Notes: generated by a model from the letters alone, not told the origin. A DNA stretch of 64,000 bases from Podarcis cretensis (GCA_951804945.1 OX638149.1:102486001-102550000); one strand, 5' to 3'; counted from the stretch's first letter, positions 26,418 to 38,516 are shown. Made by a program: numbers and translations.

Positions 26418-27242
26418 TGTCAGAGCTGCCCAAGGTCCCAGCTCACAGAGGACCAACGCCAGGTCGTTGTTATATACAAAAGTCTTTATTGAAGTTCAGT
26501 TTCCATTCCAAAGCCGTAGCGCGCAGCTCTACGTCTTAAACCCTAGACCGCCGAAGTTCCGTCTGAATCTCCTCCCCCCTGACACCAGTTTAAGATTTTA
26601 GCCCTGCTCCACCTCTTCCTCTGCTCTCTTCTCCTCTGGGTCCTCCTGTCCGCTGGGGCATTCCCCTTTCTGGACTCTTCTGACGCTGAGTCCCCTGACT
26701 CCTCCCCCTGCCTCCTGCGGGCTTTAGGACCCGGTTCCCAATCCTCGTTCTCTGCTGCCCTGCGCGCCTGTACTTTTGAACTTGGCTCTCGCGCCAACGC
26801 AGTGACCTTCCTCCTGACCGTTACACTGCTTCTGTCACTGCTTCCCTCTTCCGGGATGCTAGCTGGACCTGACCTCCCCTCCGTTGCCTGACTCTCCGAT
26901 GGAGGCGTGGTCAGCCCTGACTCCTCTTCTCTCCCTGCTGGGGGAGATGCTACCCCCAATACCTGGGACTCTTCCCCCCCACTATGCTCAGGTGGGGAAG
27001 CTGGTCCTGATCTCCAACTGCTGCTCTGGGAGTCCCCGCTGGCCCCTTGCTTCTGGAGTGTCCCCCTTGGGACCCCCCTTGCCCTGGCCACCGGCGCCCC
27101 CTTCTGTGAATCTTCCGATTCGCTGGAGAGGCTCATGGAATCTCTCGGGCCACTGTCATCTTCTCCTACGCTGCCCTCAGATTCTTCCCCTTCGCTCTCC
27201 ATCTCCCCTCTTCCCTGTGCTTCTGCTCCTGAGCCCCTGACA
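26418..27242 (-). mobile_element. Solo LTR (825 bp) of an LTR retrotransposon or ERV
   Basis: TG...CA ends with short inverted repeats TGTCAG / CTGACA; perfect 5-bp TSD GTAAC (26413-26417 / 27243-27247); on the minus strand a TATA-like TTTAAG (~26535-26540) then AATAAA (26485-26490); GC- and CpG-rich relative to flanks. Confidence 0.9.
26543..27202 (-). CDS. Hypothetical 219-aa ORF filling the putative U3 of the solo LTR (acidic/Ser-rich N-terminus, Arg-rich C-terminus)
   Basis: ATG at 27202 (GAGATGG context); frame is open from the first base of the LTR and ends 2 bp before the TATA-like motif. I recognise no homologue. Confidence 0.4.
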   Translation of the reverse strand: MESEGEESEGSVGEDDSGPRDSMSLSSESEDSQKGAPVARARGVPRGTLQKQGASGDSQSSSWRSGPASPPEHSGGEESQVLGVASPPAGREEESGLTTPPSESQATEGRSGPASIPEEGSSDRSSVTVRRKVTALAREPSSKVQARRAAENEDWEPGPKARRRQGEESGDSASEESRKGNAPADRRTQRRREQRKRWSRAKILNWCQGGGDSDGTSAV

Positions 27243-27268
27243 GTAACAAACAATTCTGTAATAATATA

Positions 27269-27555
27269 CAGTGGTGCCCCGCAAGATGAATGCCTCGCAA
27301 GATGAAAAACCCGCTAGACGAAAGGGTTTTTCGAGGTGCTTCGCAAGACGAATTTCCCTATGGGCTTGCTTCACAAGACGTTTTCGTCTTGCGAGTTTTT
27401 TCCCTCCCCCCCCTTTTTCTAAGCCGCTAATAGCCACTAAGCCGCTAATAGCGCTAATCCGCTAAGCTGCTAATAGGGATGCTTCGCAAGACAAAAAAAC
27501 CGCTAGATGAAGAGACTCGCGGAATGGATTATTTTCGTCTTGCGAGGCACCACTG
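27269..27555 (+). mobile_element. Tigger/pogo-like MITE, family B
   Basis: TIRs CAGTGGTGCCCCGCAAGA / TCTTGCGAGGCACCACTG, TA TSD, internal GCAAGACG/GCTAGACG and GCCGCTAA repeats. Confidence 0.9.
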
Positions 27556-28749
27556 TATCCTCAATTTTCATTTATTTTTCTTTTTTTAAAAAAGCTGAAG
27601 AATGCTAAAATTGGGGTAGAGAGTCAGCTCTACACTTTTCGTTTCCTGCTATAAATTGCTTCTCCTCTTTTTGTCCACCTGCAAGCAAAAGACTAGAAGC
27701 CCCTAATTATTCTTATTGAAATAGAAGGGACAGTGGAGTGATTTTAAGCAGACAGCTGGCAGGATTGAAAATGGCTAAGCACGTCCATGTACCCACTGCC
27801 CCACTGATCCTCATCTCAGCCTCCCACAGCTACTTTTGGATGGGGCAGGGGAGGACCAAAAAATTCATTTGGAATAATAATGGAATTTCCAGTCCTATGT
27901 AGTCATGCCCTCACTCTTGCTACCTTTTTAAACTGATAAATGCCATTAACAAGTTCTTTGTTTTTCTTCAAGTGTTAATTGATGTAAGCAAAGGCTGCAT
28001 TACACCAAAGCCCTCTGAAGCTTATTAAAATTAGAGATCTGCCAGATTATTCTATAGCAGTTTGAGAAGCAAGTGAACCATTGGATTCAGTTGTTCAAAA
28101 ATAGCATAGGCTATATATATATGTTTGTGTATGCAGTTTGTTTGTTTGTTTGTTTGTTTGTTTTCAGGGTCCAGTGGCAGCAAGGCATTGAAACAAATTT
28201 AAAACAAAACAAAAAATTCAGTACTAATGACTATACTTGAATATATTTTTCAAATTACATGGGCTGGCATATTTATGGAAGAATTAAAAATAAGAAAATA
28301 ATTTCACAATGGGCATCTTAGATGGTTGGTTTAATGATTATATTTTATTATGCTGTTGTTGGTCTGGTTGAAGTTACATGTTTTGGAATTTTAGTCTTTT
28401 TCTCATCAGTACTGTCACAAATCAAAGTATTCTGGACCTATGAGGCCATAAATGACTCAATACAGCACAATGATCTGGGTCTGAAATTGCTCTTATATGA
28501 GTGGAAGGCAATTCTTTGGAAGCAAGGAACCACCCTCCCCCCCCCCATTTCTGCAGAACCCCTCACCCCACTACAGCACCCCATGTCACAGCCCTGCATA
28601 ATTTTGATGGGTGCCCTGACCCTGAGGAACAATCTTTGGAAGGGTGCAGGAGGCTTCAGTGAAGACAAGGGGGCGATCATGTTTAATTGGACCAGACCCA
28701 ATATCAGCGCCATTTCTTCCTGTTGCGATCTCTAAAATCCAACAGAAGT

Positions 28750-28985
28750 GTGCCGTTGTGGTTAAGAGACTGCACTGCAAATCAAGAAGTCCCAGATTTG
28801 AATCCATTATCTGCCATAAGCATATCAGGTGGCTTGAAGCAAACCACTGAGCCACAGCCTGCCATCTACAATATTGGAATAATTATACTGTTCTGCCTTA
28901 ACAGGTTTGTTTTAGGGATTATAACAAGATAATGTACGTGCACTTTTCTGAAGACTCAAGTGCTGTAAAATGTTAATTATTATTT
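28750..28985 (+). mobile_element. Ancient MIR/CORE-like SINE
   Basis: tRNA-like head gtggttaagag...tttgaatcc, CORE-like caggtttgttttagggatta, L2-like tail aagtgctgtaaaatgttaattattatt. Confidence 0.65.
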
Positions 28986-29043
28986 TTTCTCATCACAATA
29001 TTCTTCCTGGGCTATGTTTGGACAGCAAGAATGCTTTCAGAAT

Positions 29044-29395
29044 ATAAGAACATAAGATGAGTCTGTTGGATTGGGCCAATGGCCCATCTAGTCCAGCATC
29101 CTGTTCTCACAGTGGCCAACTGGAGCCTGCAAAGTGGACATGAGCACAACAGCGCTCTGCTCACCTGCAGTTCCTAGCAAAGGATAATCAGAAGTATAAT
29201 GCCTCTAACAGTGGAGGTAGAACATAGTCATCATGGCTAGTAGTCATTGGTAGCCTTGTCCTCCACAGATTTGTCTAATCGTCTTTCAAAGCCATCCAAG
29301 TTGGTGGCCACCACTGCCCCATAATTTAGCTAGTCCCATATTTTAACTATGTGCTGCATGAAGAAGTACTTTCTTTTATCTCTCCTGAATCTGTT
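29044..29395 (-). mobile_element. Old CR1 3' end
   Basis: (TAAGAACA) terminal repeat, ggcccatctagtccagcatcctgttctcacagtggcca 3' UTR, and end of ORF2 (aagaagtactt). Confidence 0.8.
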
Positions 29396-31974
29396 AATAC
29401 CATTAATGCCAAGTCTTAAATATTATTTGCTAGGAGAGTTGCCAAACCTAAACCGGAGCATCTTTCAGGAGTTCTGTACATACACGCCTGCCTTTGTAGC
29501 CACTTTTTCTTAAGGGAGCGTGTGATAGCTGGAAAAGAATGGGCTGGAACAGTAATTTATAATTGAAATGGTTGCACAAAACAAAAGCGGTAGGATGTGT
29601 TCTTTATGTGGAAATGTAACCCTTGACCAAATTCACACGCTTTGTGAGAACTTGAGAATATTCACAATGCAAAGCTTGATGACTCCCCATAGCTCTACTT
29701 GTCTGTACCCCTGACCAGAATAGAAAAGCTCAATTTGGAGACGTTCTTGAAAAATGAAGTGTTGGTGTTAAGCAGTATGTCTGATGTCCCTGATTCCAAA
29801 TATAAATATACAGAGAATATGTATCTCCGTTATGGCTGTTTTGTAAGTCAGGGACTGTCTTTTGAAGGAGAATGGATGCCTTGGGGTACAGCATCAAATA
29901 ATGAAGAGCTGGCTAAAAACAAATCAACAAATGATGCATGGCTTTATTTGTGATCATGTGGCATGTTTTGTATGCATTGTGATTTCTTCCACATAACACA
30001 TTGTGTTTGTCTGAGTGATGACATCTGATGCCCTCAACCACCATTGCAAATCAAGGTTTAGGCAGACTGCTCCAGATGTGCACTGTAAGATCACTATCCT
30101 GAAGCACAATGCTCTTCTCTTCCCATCTGTAACAATATTTAACATTAACATGTCAGTACCCATTACGATGAAATTATTTCCTTTCTCATCCTCCTCATTG
30201 TCCGCAACCATCAATACTTTTTTTGTAGTTAACAAAATATGCACCATGAAAAAGTTTTCCTTCTTTAAATCATGATGTGAAAGTATATTCTACTTTAGTA
30301 GCTTCTTGTTGTTGTTGTTGTTGTTGTTGTTGTATTATGTCATTATCAGTTAAAATACTACTCATTTTTTTGTGTTAAAAAATGTATGTTGTATTTGTTT
30401 ATGCCCAATTCAAACATACTGCTGTGGTATGATGGCTGCTTTTAAATGGTTGGGACTCTGCATTGACACCTGCAACTTATGTGGATGGTTAATGTGATAA
30501 GTTCCTTAGGAAAGATGGTTCTCCTGTGGTACCTTGCATATGATCTACTCAAACCAGGTTGTTGCCAGTTGAAGTGTCACTGTGTAGCATGGATGGAACT
30601 TTTCCCCCAAAAGAAAGTGGTGATGCTTCTGCAATAAGTATACAAGAATTAAGGTACAATTGATTTTTGATTCTTCCAGAGCAGCATCACCAATAGCTAG
30701 GCTTTTCTCCCCCATCTGTTAGTACTAATAGGACTCTTGGGGCTGTTCAGTTGATATCTAAAATGTGGTTGAGATATTCTTTTTCTGTTTGTGAGGGAAA
30801 GGCCTAAAGATAATCTAATCAATGTGCAGCAAAGCAAGCTGAAGCCACTGAATTGCATATAACTTCTGATATTAACCCAATTCGGCAAACTCTATTGGGA
30901 TGTTTGTTTCTATTAGGATGGACACATTCACACAGTAGTCATGTTAGTACCCTTTTCAAGTGGAACGGAATTGCTCACATTAGTCTTATAAAGTCCCGAC
31001 TAAAAAGGGAAATGACATTTTGACCCTTCCAAAAGGATATGGCCAAAATTGACAACTTTATCAGAGAGGCAAGATGTGTGCTGATGAAACAGAGCATACA
31101 CAAAGGTTACATTTGTGCCATCAACATCAGTAGCGTTTGAAAAAGCTAATCAGCCTAATAATTCTCAACATGGATCAGTGCAAACTGAACTGTTACTTTC
31201 AACTTAGCAGTATAAAGGCAATTTAAAGAAATCAGACTTACCATCTGTTAATGCTTGACTTTCTCTATAAGCCGGGATGACATGAGAAAACGATGAAGGG
31301 AAAAAGAATCAAGCAAAATGTATATGGGACTGGTTCAAACACTGCAGGCAAGTCAGTGCAACTTGGTACACTATTAGCCATATCCATTTCAAAGAGATAA
31401 CAAAGGACTTCTTCCAATGCTTTCTGCAATCAAGACAAGGAAACTTCTGGATCTAAACATATTTTTATCTCAGCAGTATACCTTATCATTGTTTTGGGTT
31501 ATTGTCTGGAGAAGGAGAATTCCTTTGCAATCAAAAATCTTGATCTTAAAAATTCTGTTCTTCACTATGATATGGCAGTATTAGCTGCTCCTTGAAACAT
31601 CAGTTCAAAACAGATTTCAAGAAGCAACTGTGAACAAAGCAAACAAATCCCTATCAGCCAGGATTTGGCTTCATTTGTGCCCTAGCTTTAGTACTAGAGC
31701 TTAATCTTGAAATGTGTAAAGTGAGATACATTGCCTAGATATCACCTAAAGAAGAGTAGCCTCATAGCCATTTTAGCATCCTTTCCGGATTGTTTCTCCT
31801 GGGGTTTTTTTCCCTTTCTATACTGGCCTGTAGAAAAGAATCGGTCTTTCCAACAAATTAGTCCTGCTAAGATAATATAGCACAGTTGTCCTGTTAAAAG
31901 ATTTACGTGGCCAGTTAACTTTTTACAGCTAGGACTATATTATGAAAGAATCAATTGGATATTACCAGTTTTCA

Positions 31975-31978
<4 letters not shown>

Positions 31979-32026
<48 letters not shown>
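31979..32026. repeat. Compound (TC)n(TG)n microsatellite
   Basis: Directly visible. Confidence 0.97.
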
Positions 32027-33181
32027 GTGTTTGATCAGTTCACATTTTAATGTAAACCTTACCTAAATCACAACTCCTGAATCAATAGGCAAATTGCAAT
32101 GTAGCTATTTTTCAAAATGTGCACTTGAATTTTGCAATGCAATTCTTCAACCACAAAATGCATATACAGAAAGGTTTGGTCTGATCATATGCAGAACACC
32201 AATCTCTCACCATCAGTAAATGCATCTGGGACTGGAATGAGTTTTAGGCACCATGTGTTAAATAAGGCTGTCAACCTTTGAACATTATTTGTTTCACTAT
32301 ATCTAACTCATCCTTTTTCTTCACAAATGCAAGTCAACAGCACACCTATTTCTAGAGTGTTGTTGCCATTGCTGATCAAAATGTTCTGCCATAAAACTGA
32401 CCCAGTTTATTTTAAATCTCCCGAGAGGTTAGTTTGAATCTATGAGGATCCAAATCCGTAAGGCAGAAAGTCTGCCCAATCCCTTGCTGGTGAGTCAGAC
32501 TGCCTGTCTATGCTTGGCATCATAGATGGCCTGTATCAAGTCTGATGTACCTGTATGCTGTCATAGTTCCTCAGTTCATACAAGGTCATGAACAGAGAAT
32601 TTACACCTACGTTATTCCACAGTACTTGCTGCATACTGGGTCTTCTTCGTCAACTAATGTTATTGAGGCAGCAAGGAGATCAATGCAGTGTAAATGCACT
32701 AGAAAGTGCACTGGATTGGTTTTCCCAGTGCATTTGCACCCCAGTGACTTCCCAGTTGCCTTCCTACTCCCAGTAAACAGCAGCAACTCAGCTGTCAGGA
32801 GTAGACCGGTGAAATCCACTACCCCATCATGCTGTCTGCTACTGAGTATTGACCAGGAGGTCCTGTTGAACTAAATAGTGAAGAAACAGAATAAATTAGG
32901 GACCCTACATTGGACAACAATAAACCTAAAGCAGCGCTAGTTGGAGGTGAGTGTAGCAGCAGAAGGGAGCTGTAGCAGAATATAGTCAGCATTACTTGAT
33001 AATGAACTGCCAATGAAGAGTTGGGCAAAAAAGATTCCTGCATTGCAGGTATAATTACCAGACTACCCTTTCCAACTCTACAATTCTATCTGAAGTCTCA
33101 CTCATGCTAAGAACTACAATGCAGAGTGTTGGTTGACAACGTTAGTTGATGGAGAAGGCACAGCAGACAGAAAGTACTGTA

Positions 33182-33497
33182 CAGTGGTGCCTCGCAAGGC
33201 GAAAAGAATCTGTTCCGCGATTCTCTTCGTCTAGCGGTTTTTTTCGTCTTGCGAAGCAAGCCCATTGGCGGTTTAGCGGATTAGCGCTATTAGCGGCTTT
33301 TAGCGGCTTAGCGGATCAGCTGATAAGCGGCTTAGCGGCTTAGAAAAAGGGGGGGAAGGGGAAAAAACCCGCAGGAACTCGCAAGACATTTTCGTCTAGC
33401 GAAGCAAGCCCATAGGGAAATTCGTTTTGCGAAGCGCCTCCAAAATGGAAAACCCTTTCGTCTAGCGGGTTTTCCGTCTTGCGAGGCGTTCGCACTG
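33182..33497 (-). mobile_element. Tigger/pogo-like MITE, family B (inverted relative to 27269; deletion inside one TIR)
   Basis: CAGTGGTGCCTCGCAAG start, TA on both sides, TTAGCGG array; right end reads ...GCGAGGCGTTCGCACTG. Confidence 0.88.
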
Positions 33498-34584
33498 TAC
33501 TTGGATTGACTGTGCTGGTGTATTTACACCATGTTGCCCTCCCACCCTCCCCCTCACCTCTCAGTGAGCAGCAGCAGCTTAGTGGTCGAGAGGTCATGTA
33601 GCCATAAAGATAGACCTAAGATGAAATATCAGTGATGAATGGATCTGATGAGATAATAGTATCTAACACTAAAATAAAATCAATAAATGGGTATCTTAAC
33701 TCCAACCAAATCAAGTTAACATAACCATTTGGGTGAAAAGGTTACCAGAATATCGCGAAGATACGACTTGCCTCACCATGGATTTTACAGAGAAAGTGGG
33801 AGGGAATGTTGAAATTGATGGGTAAAATATTGGGGAAAGTCACTTTACAGCAGCTATTCAACCTCAGAAATGGTCAAGGAGGGGCACAGAAAGATTGGTC
33901 ACACTGTGCTGGGAAAAGTTATGTCAGCTGATATTCTGTGTTCCTCATAACTAAAAGAATCCAAATCTCCATTTTGAATAGGGTTAGCAGCACCATTCAA
34001 GAAAAAATGTCCCGATCGCTTCATAGTTAAATTTTGTAGTTCTTCTGTCTTTAGTTGACATTTAGAGAAGTTTGTAATAAAATCTGTTGACTCCTTTGTG
34101 TGTAAAGAAGGAATAGAGGAAAAGGTAGCACTACTGTGATCTGCAGTTTTGTATTCATGCCAGTGGGGCTTAATTTCATGCAACCTCTTTATACAATAAA
34201 ATCAACTCAATTCCAAGCATTCCATACATAAAAATGTGGTATATTTAAATATTTATCCTGTTAATCAGTCTATCAACAATGTCTCTTTAGGTCTTTTCAA
34301 ACAAAGTAATACCATAGTAGACGATTTAGAAATAAGAAGGGGGGGGGGGGATCACATACAAAATAAAGAGAATAAACATGAGTACCTTAAGGTAAAACCT
34401 AGTGAGGACTCCTTTATAGTTCTAAACCTGCTGGTCCGGATAATGATCAAAGGCTATGAAAGTCTCATATTCTATACTACTTAGCCATGCCTGCTTAAAA
34501 ACATCTAAGGGGAACATGCATCAGAAATGCATTTCAAGAGGTAAACCTCTGCTTAGGATTTTTATGGGTTGTTGGTTTTTTTCT

Positions 34585-35200
34585 TTCTCCCTTCTCATAA
34601 TACCAGAACCTAGGGTCACCCAATGAAACTGAATTCAGAATAGGCAAATTCGCACAGCACATAGTTATGGAATGTGGTGCTACAAGATGCCATGATTGTC
34701 ACCAACTTAAATAGATTTGGAAGTTAAATTCATGGAGGTTGAGGTTATCAATTGACACTAGCCATGATGGCGATGGCTGTATGCTACACCCTAGGATCAG
34801 AGGCAGCATGTCTCTGAATACCAGTTGCTGAGAAAGAACAGTGGGAGCAACCTGTGTGGCTCTCACAATCTGCTTGTAGGTTTCCTATTGACATCTAATT
34901 GGTCACTGTGGGAGAAGAAGAAGAAGAGGAGTTTGGATTTTTTATCCCACTTTATCACTACCCCAAGGAGTCTCAAAGCGGCTAACAATCTCTTTTCCCT
35001 TCCTCTCCCACAACAAACACTTGGTGAGATGAGTGAGGCTGAGAGACTTCAAAGCAGTGTGACTAGCCCAAGGTCACTCAGCAGCTGCGTGTGGAGGAGC
35101 AGGGAATCGAACCCAGTTCACCAGATTATGAGTCCACCGCTCTTAACCACTATACTACACTGGCTTTGATCTGATCCAGCAGTGCTCTTCTTACATTTTT
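34585..35200 (+). mobile_element. Old CR1 3' end interrupted by a SINE
   Basis: accagaacctagggtcacccaatgaaactg (TRTxGHPMKL), aaattcatggagg, 3' UTR, resuming after the SINE as tgatctgatccagcagtgctcttctta. Confidence 0.75.
34913..35165 (-). mobile_element. CORE/MIR-like SINE (Squam3-like)
   Basis: Same family as 14402; (GAA)n tail and tRNA head. Confidence 0.85.
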
Positions 35201-35429
35201 GTTGGGTATGAGAAGGTATACCATTCAGTTCAGAATTATTTCCCAAAAAACAACTAGGGTAAAATCTAAAACTCCATATACGCGGAACCTTCCGTTTCTC
35301 TTCCGTATACCTGATTCAGGGAATGCTGAATATGGTATAAGGTTGCAGGCGTGCTGCTGTACTAGTGGATAGCATTCAGGCTGGGTCTACATTGGTCTTT
35401 AAAACGTTGATCTTTAAAATATCACAGGT

Positions 35430-36461
35430 TAGTGCTGCCTTACATCTGGAAAATCCTGGACATGGCCAGGATTTGGCACCTGAAAATGGTGTCCAGGCGG
35501 AATTTTCAATTCCCGTTGTAAATGTCCACTTTCTCAGAGAACCATTCATTATCTCCCTCCCTCCCCAACCCTGAAGCCTTGCTAAGCCGAGCCATGTTGA
35601 AAGCCAAGGCACAAGGCAGGAAGTTGTGCATGAGAGGGAGCTTTGGTCTGGCTGGAAACTTTGTGAATTCTCCCTGCACCCCTCAGTTCCCAGCCAAGCG
35701 GATCCCCTGGTCATGAGGGATCCAGCCAAGAGGGCGCCCTGTGCATGCCAGCCTGTGTGTTTGTGTGCTGTGTGTGCTGTGTGTGTGTGTGTGTAAGTAA
35801 GAGAGAGAGGGAAAGAGTAGGAGGGAGGGACCCGAGAGACAGGCAGCCACCTCTCAGCACCTGATTGTCATGGCTGCTTGATCCAAGCCCCCCAGAAGAA
35901 TATCAGTAGGAGCCTGCCCCCCCTCTCTGGCTCCCTCCCCTTCCTCCCCTGGTGCACCACCTCTGCAACCCTTGTCTCCCCTCTCATTTTCCATCCCTCT
36001 CCCCCCCACTACCCTTGTTCTGCCTTTTGAGGGGCTCCCTCCAGGAAACGAGAGTATATTTGGCCCAGGGAGACCCACCTTTCCTTCAACTGATACGTAA
36101 AGATTTAATTCTCCCTCTCCCTCCTTCACCCACATCTCACTGGGCTCCCTGAGTTTCCCCCCGAAACAGGTTTTCCTCTTGCTGAAATTTCTGATGCTTG
36201 CCCTCCCTTTCTCTGCTGCTGCTTTCCCTTGCCCCCACCCCAGCCTCACACCATTGCATGGCTTTTTCAGTCCTTTGTCTCCTGCCTCCTGTCTGAACAC
36301 CGCCCCCAGCACCCTCTCGTCCTCCTCCAGATCCCCCTTCCATTCTCTCTCTTTCTCTCGTCCCCTCCCCAAGGGAAGGGAGAAGCAGCCAGGTCTCACT
36401 TTGGAAAAGAGTGCCAGGGCTGTGGGAGCATATAAGAGCCCTTGGAAATATGGCAACCTTA
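35430..36461. mobile_element. hAT-Blackjack-like non-autonomous element (1032 bp) with CT/GA-rich interior
   Basis: Perfect 8-bp TSD TCACAGGT (35422-35429 / 36462-36469); imperfect TIRs TAGTGCTGCCTTAC / ATATGGCAACCTTA of the TAGGGTTGCCA type. Confidence 0.8.
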
Positions 36462-37459
36462 TCACAGGTGTTTCCTTACCTTTAACATGCAGTTCCCCTG
36501 TTGTGGTGGCCAGTTGCTCTGCAGCACCCTCTGATGTCATATTTTAATAAGGCATTAATTAACATTATAACATTATAACCGTGAGGGTAGGTCCGCCCTC
36601 AGTCTGTAAGATTCTGAACTTGTTCATGAGGTACATGTGGTTCTGCCTTGGTGGATAGAAATTCTTCTTACCCTCCACCCCGCTCTGGAAGTAGCTTTTG
36701 TTGTTATTGCTATGTTTTTTTACACCTGGTTTTGTATGGAAGTTGCATCCCCTAGATTGGAATGTATGCATACAGAATTTCCCCAGTGTTCCGTCATAAG
36801 AGAAAACAAAAGAGCCCCTGAGTGTATGGATCACTGCATAAACATTCTCATGCACTGTTTCCCCATTTCCTTCTCAAAAAATTAATTTACAGCAAAAAGT
36901 GTTTGGTATAGAAGATGGGTAAAACATATTAGGCTCCGTCACAAAAGCATGCTTCTCTCAGACACCGCCTGTTTATGACTTCAGCATGAATCAAATCAGT
37001 TTTGTTTTCCTTGTGAAAATTAAGAGTCACCCTACAACAGTTAAAAGTGATAGTGTGGAGGTCTAAATTCTGTGACATCAAAATATTTCTTTTAACTTAT
37101 CAACAGTGTAGTGATTAAGTGTCAATCAACCTTGTTGAAGCCTTATGCATTAAGGATAGACAAATCACTGTATTTCACTTTTGCCGTTTTTAACCCATAA
37201 AACTATTCTATTCTGTTTCTACTTCAGTCTGCAATTGGTTTGAGAAATGTGGATTTTAAAAGACATATTTCTCAAAATACACATTTTTGGACACATATTG
37301 AAACATTTTTGAGTCAAGAACTGCCTTGGAACACAGGAAGTACAAAAGCTAGTAATTAACTCAGCTGTAGTCCAGACATTTAGTCTGGGTGGTACAGATC
37401 AAGCCAGTTTATACCAGAATTTAGAAAAACTTCTAAATTCAAGCATCCCAGAAGCAAAT

Positions 37460-37460
37460 T

Positions 37461-37507
<47 letters not shown>

Positions 37508-37537
37508 GATAGATAGATAGATAGATAGATAGACAGA
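37460..37537. repeat. (GATA)n microsatellite
   Basis: Directly visible. Confidence 0.97.
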
Positions 37538-37660
37538 TTTCTTATTTAGGCTGCTGAGCAGCAAGTGGATTTATGGTATATTTTTCCAATAATTGGTGTG
37601 AATGCTGTTGGTGTACTATTGAACCAGGAAAATGTGGTGAAGGAGAGAAAATGCTGTTAC

Positions 37661-38516
37661 TCATAGAATCATAGAATCATAGAGTTGGAAGAGACCATAA
37701 GGGCCATCGAGTCCAACCCCCTGCCAAGCAGGAAACACCATCAGAGCACTCCTGACATATGGTTGTCAAGCCTCTGCTTAAAGACCTCCAAAAAAGGAGA
37801 CTCCACCACACTCCTTGGCAGCAAATTCCACTGTCAAACAGCTCTTACTGTCAGGAAGTTCTTCCTAATGTTTAGGTGGAATCTTCTTTCTTGTAGTTTG
37901 GAGCCATTGCTCCGTGTCCGCTTCTCTGGAGCAGCAGAAAACAACCTTTCTCCCTCTTCTATGTGACATCCTTTTATATATTTGAGCAGGGCTATCATAT
38001 CACCCCTTAACCTCCTTTTCTCCAAGCTAAACATGCCCAGCTCCCTTAGCCGTTCCTCATAAGGCATCGTTTCCAGGCCTTTGACCGTTTTGGTTGCCCT
38101 CCTCTGGACACGTTCCAGTTTGTCAGTGTCCTTCTTGAACTGTGGTGCCCAGAACTGGACACAGTACTCCAGGTGAGGTCTGACCAGAGCAGAATACAGT
38201 GGCACTATTACTTCCCTTGATCTAGATGCTATACTCCTATTGATGCAGCCCAGAATTGCATTGGCTTTTTTAGCTGCCGCGTCACACTGTTGGCTCGTGT
38301 CAAGTTTGTGGTCAACCAAGACTCCTAGATCCTTTTCACATGTACTGTTCTCAAGCCAGGTGTCACCCATCTTGTATTTGTGCCTCTCATTTTTTTTGCC
38401 CAAGTGCAATACTTTACATTTCTCCCTGTTAAAATTCATCTTGTTTGTTTTGGCCCAGTTCTCTAATCTGTCAAGGTCGTTTTGAAGTGTGATCCTGTCC
38501 TCTGGGGTGTTAGCCA
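37661..38516 (-). mobile_element. Young 5'-truncated CR1 LINE (ORF2 C-terminal part plus 3' end)
   Basis: Minus [15 protein letters not shown]...[12 protein letters not shown]...EKDLGVLVD...[16 protein letters not shown]...LEKRRLRGD; (ATTCTATG)n terminal repeat; a single TGA at 37834-37836 (likely CpG-decayed CGA), with the frame continuing to ~37741. Confidence 0.96.

Noticed and set aside
26884-27305. Plus-strand 118-aa and 132-aa ORFs over the LTR
   Set aside because: Antisense shadows of the GC-rich LTR; S/P/L-rich, non-ATG starts, and one runs out into the flank and the MITE.
35854-36540. 228-aa G/E/K/R-rich ORF
   Set aside because: Arises from a purine-skewed low-complexity strand, crosses the element boundary, and has no transposase or other recognisable motif.
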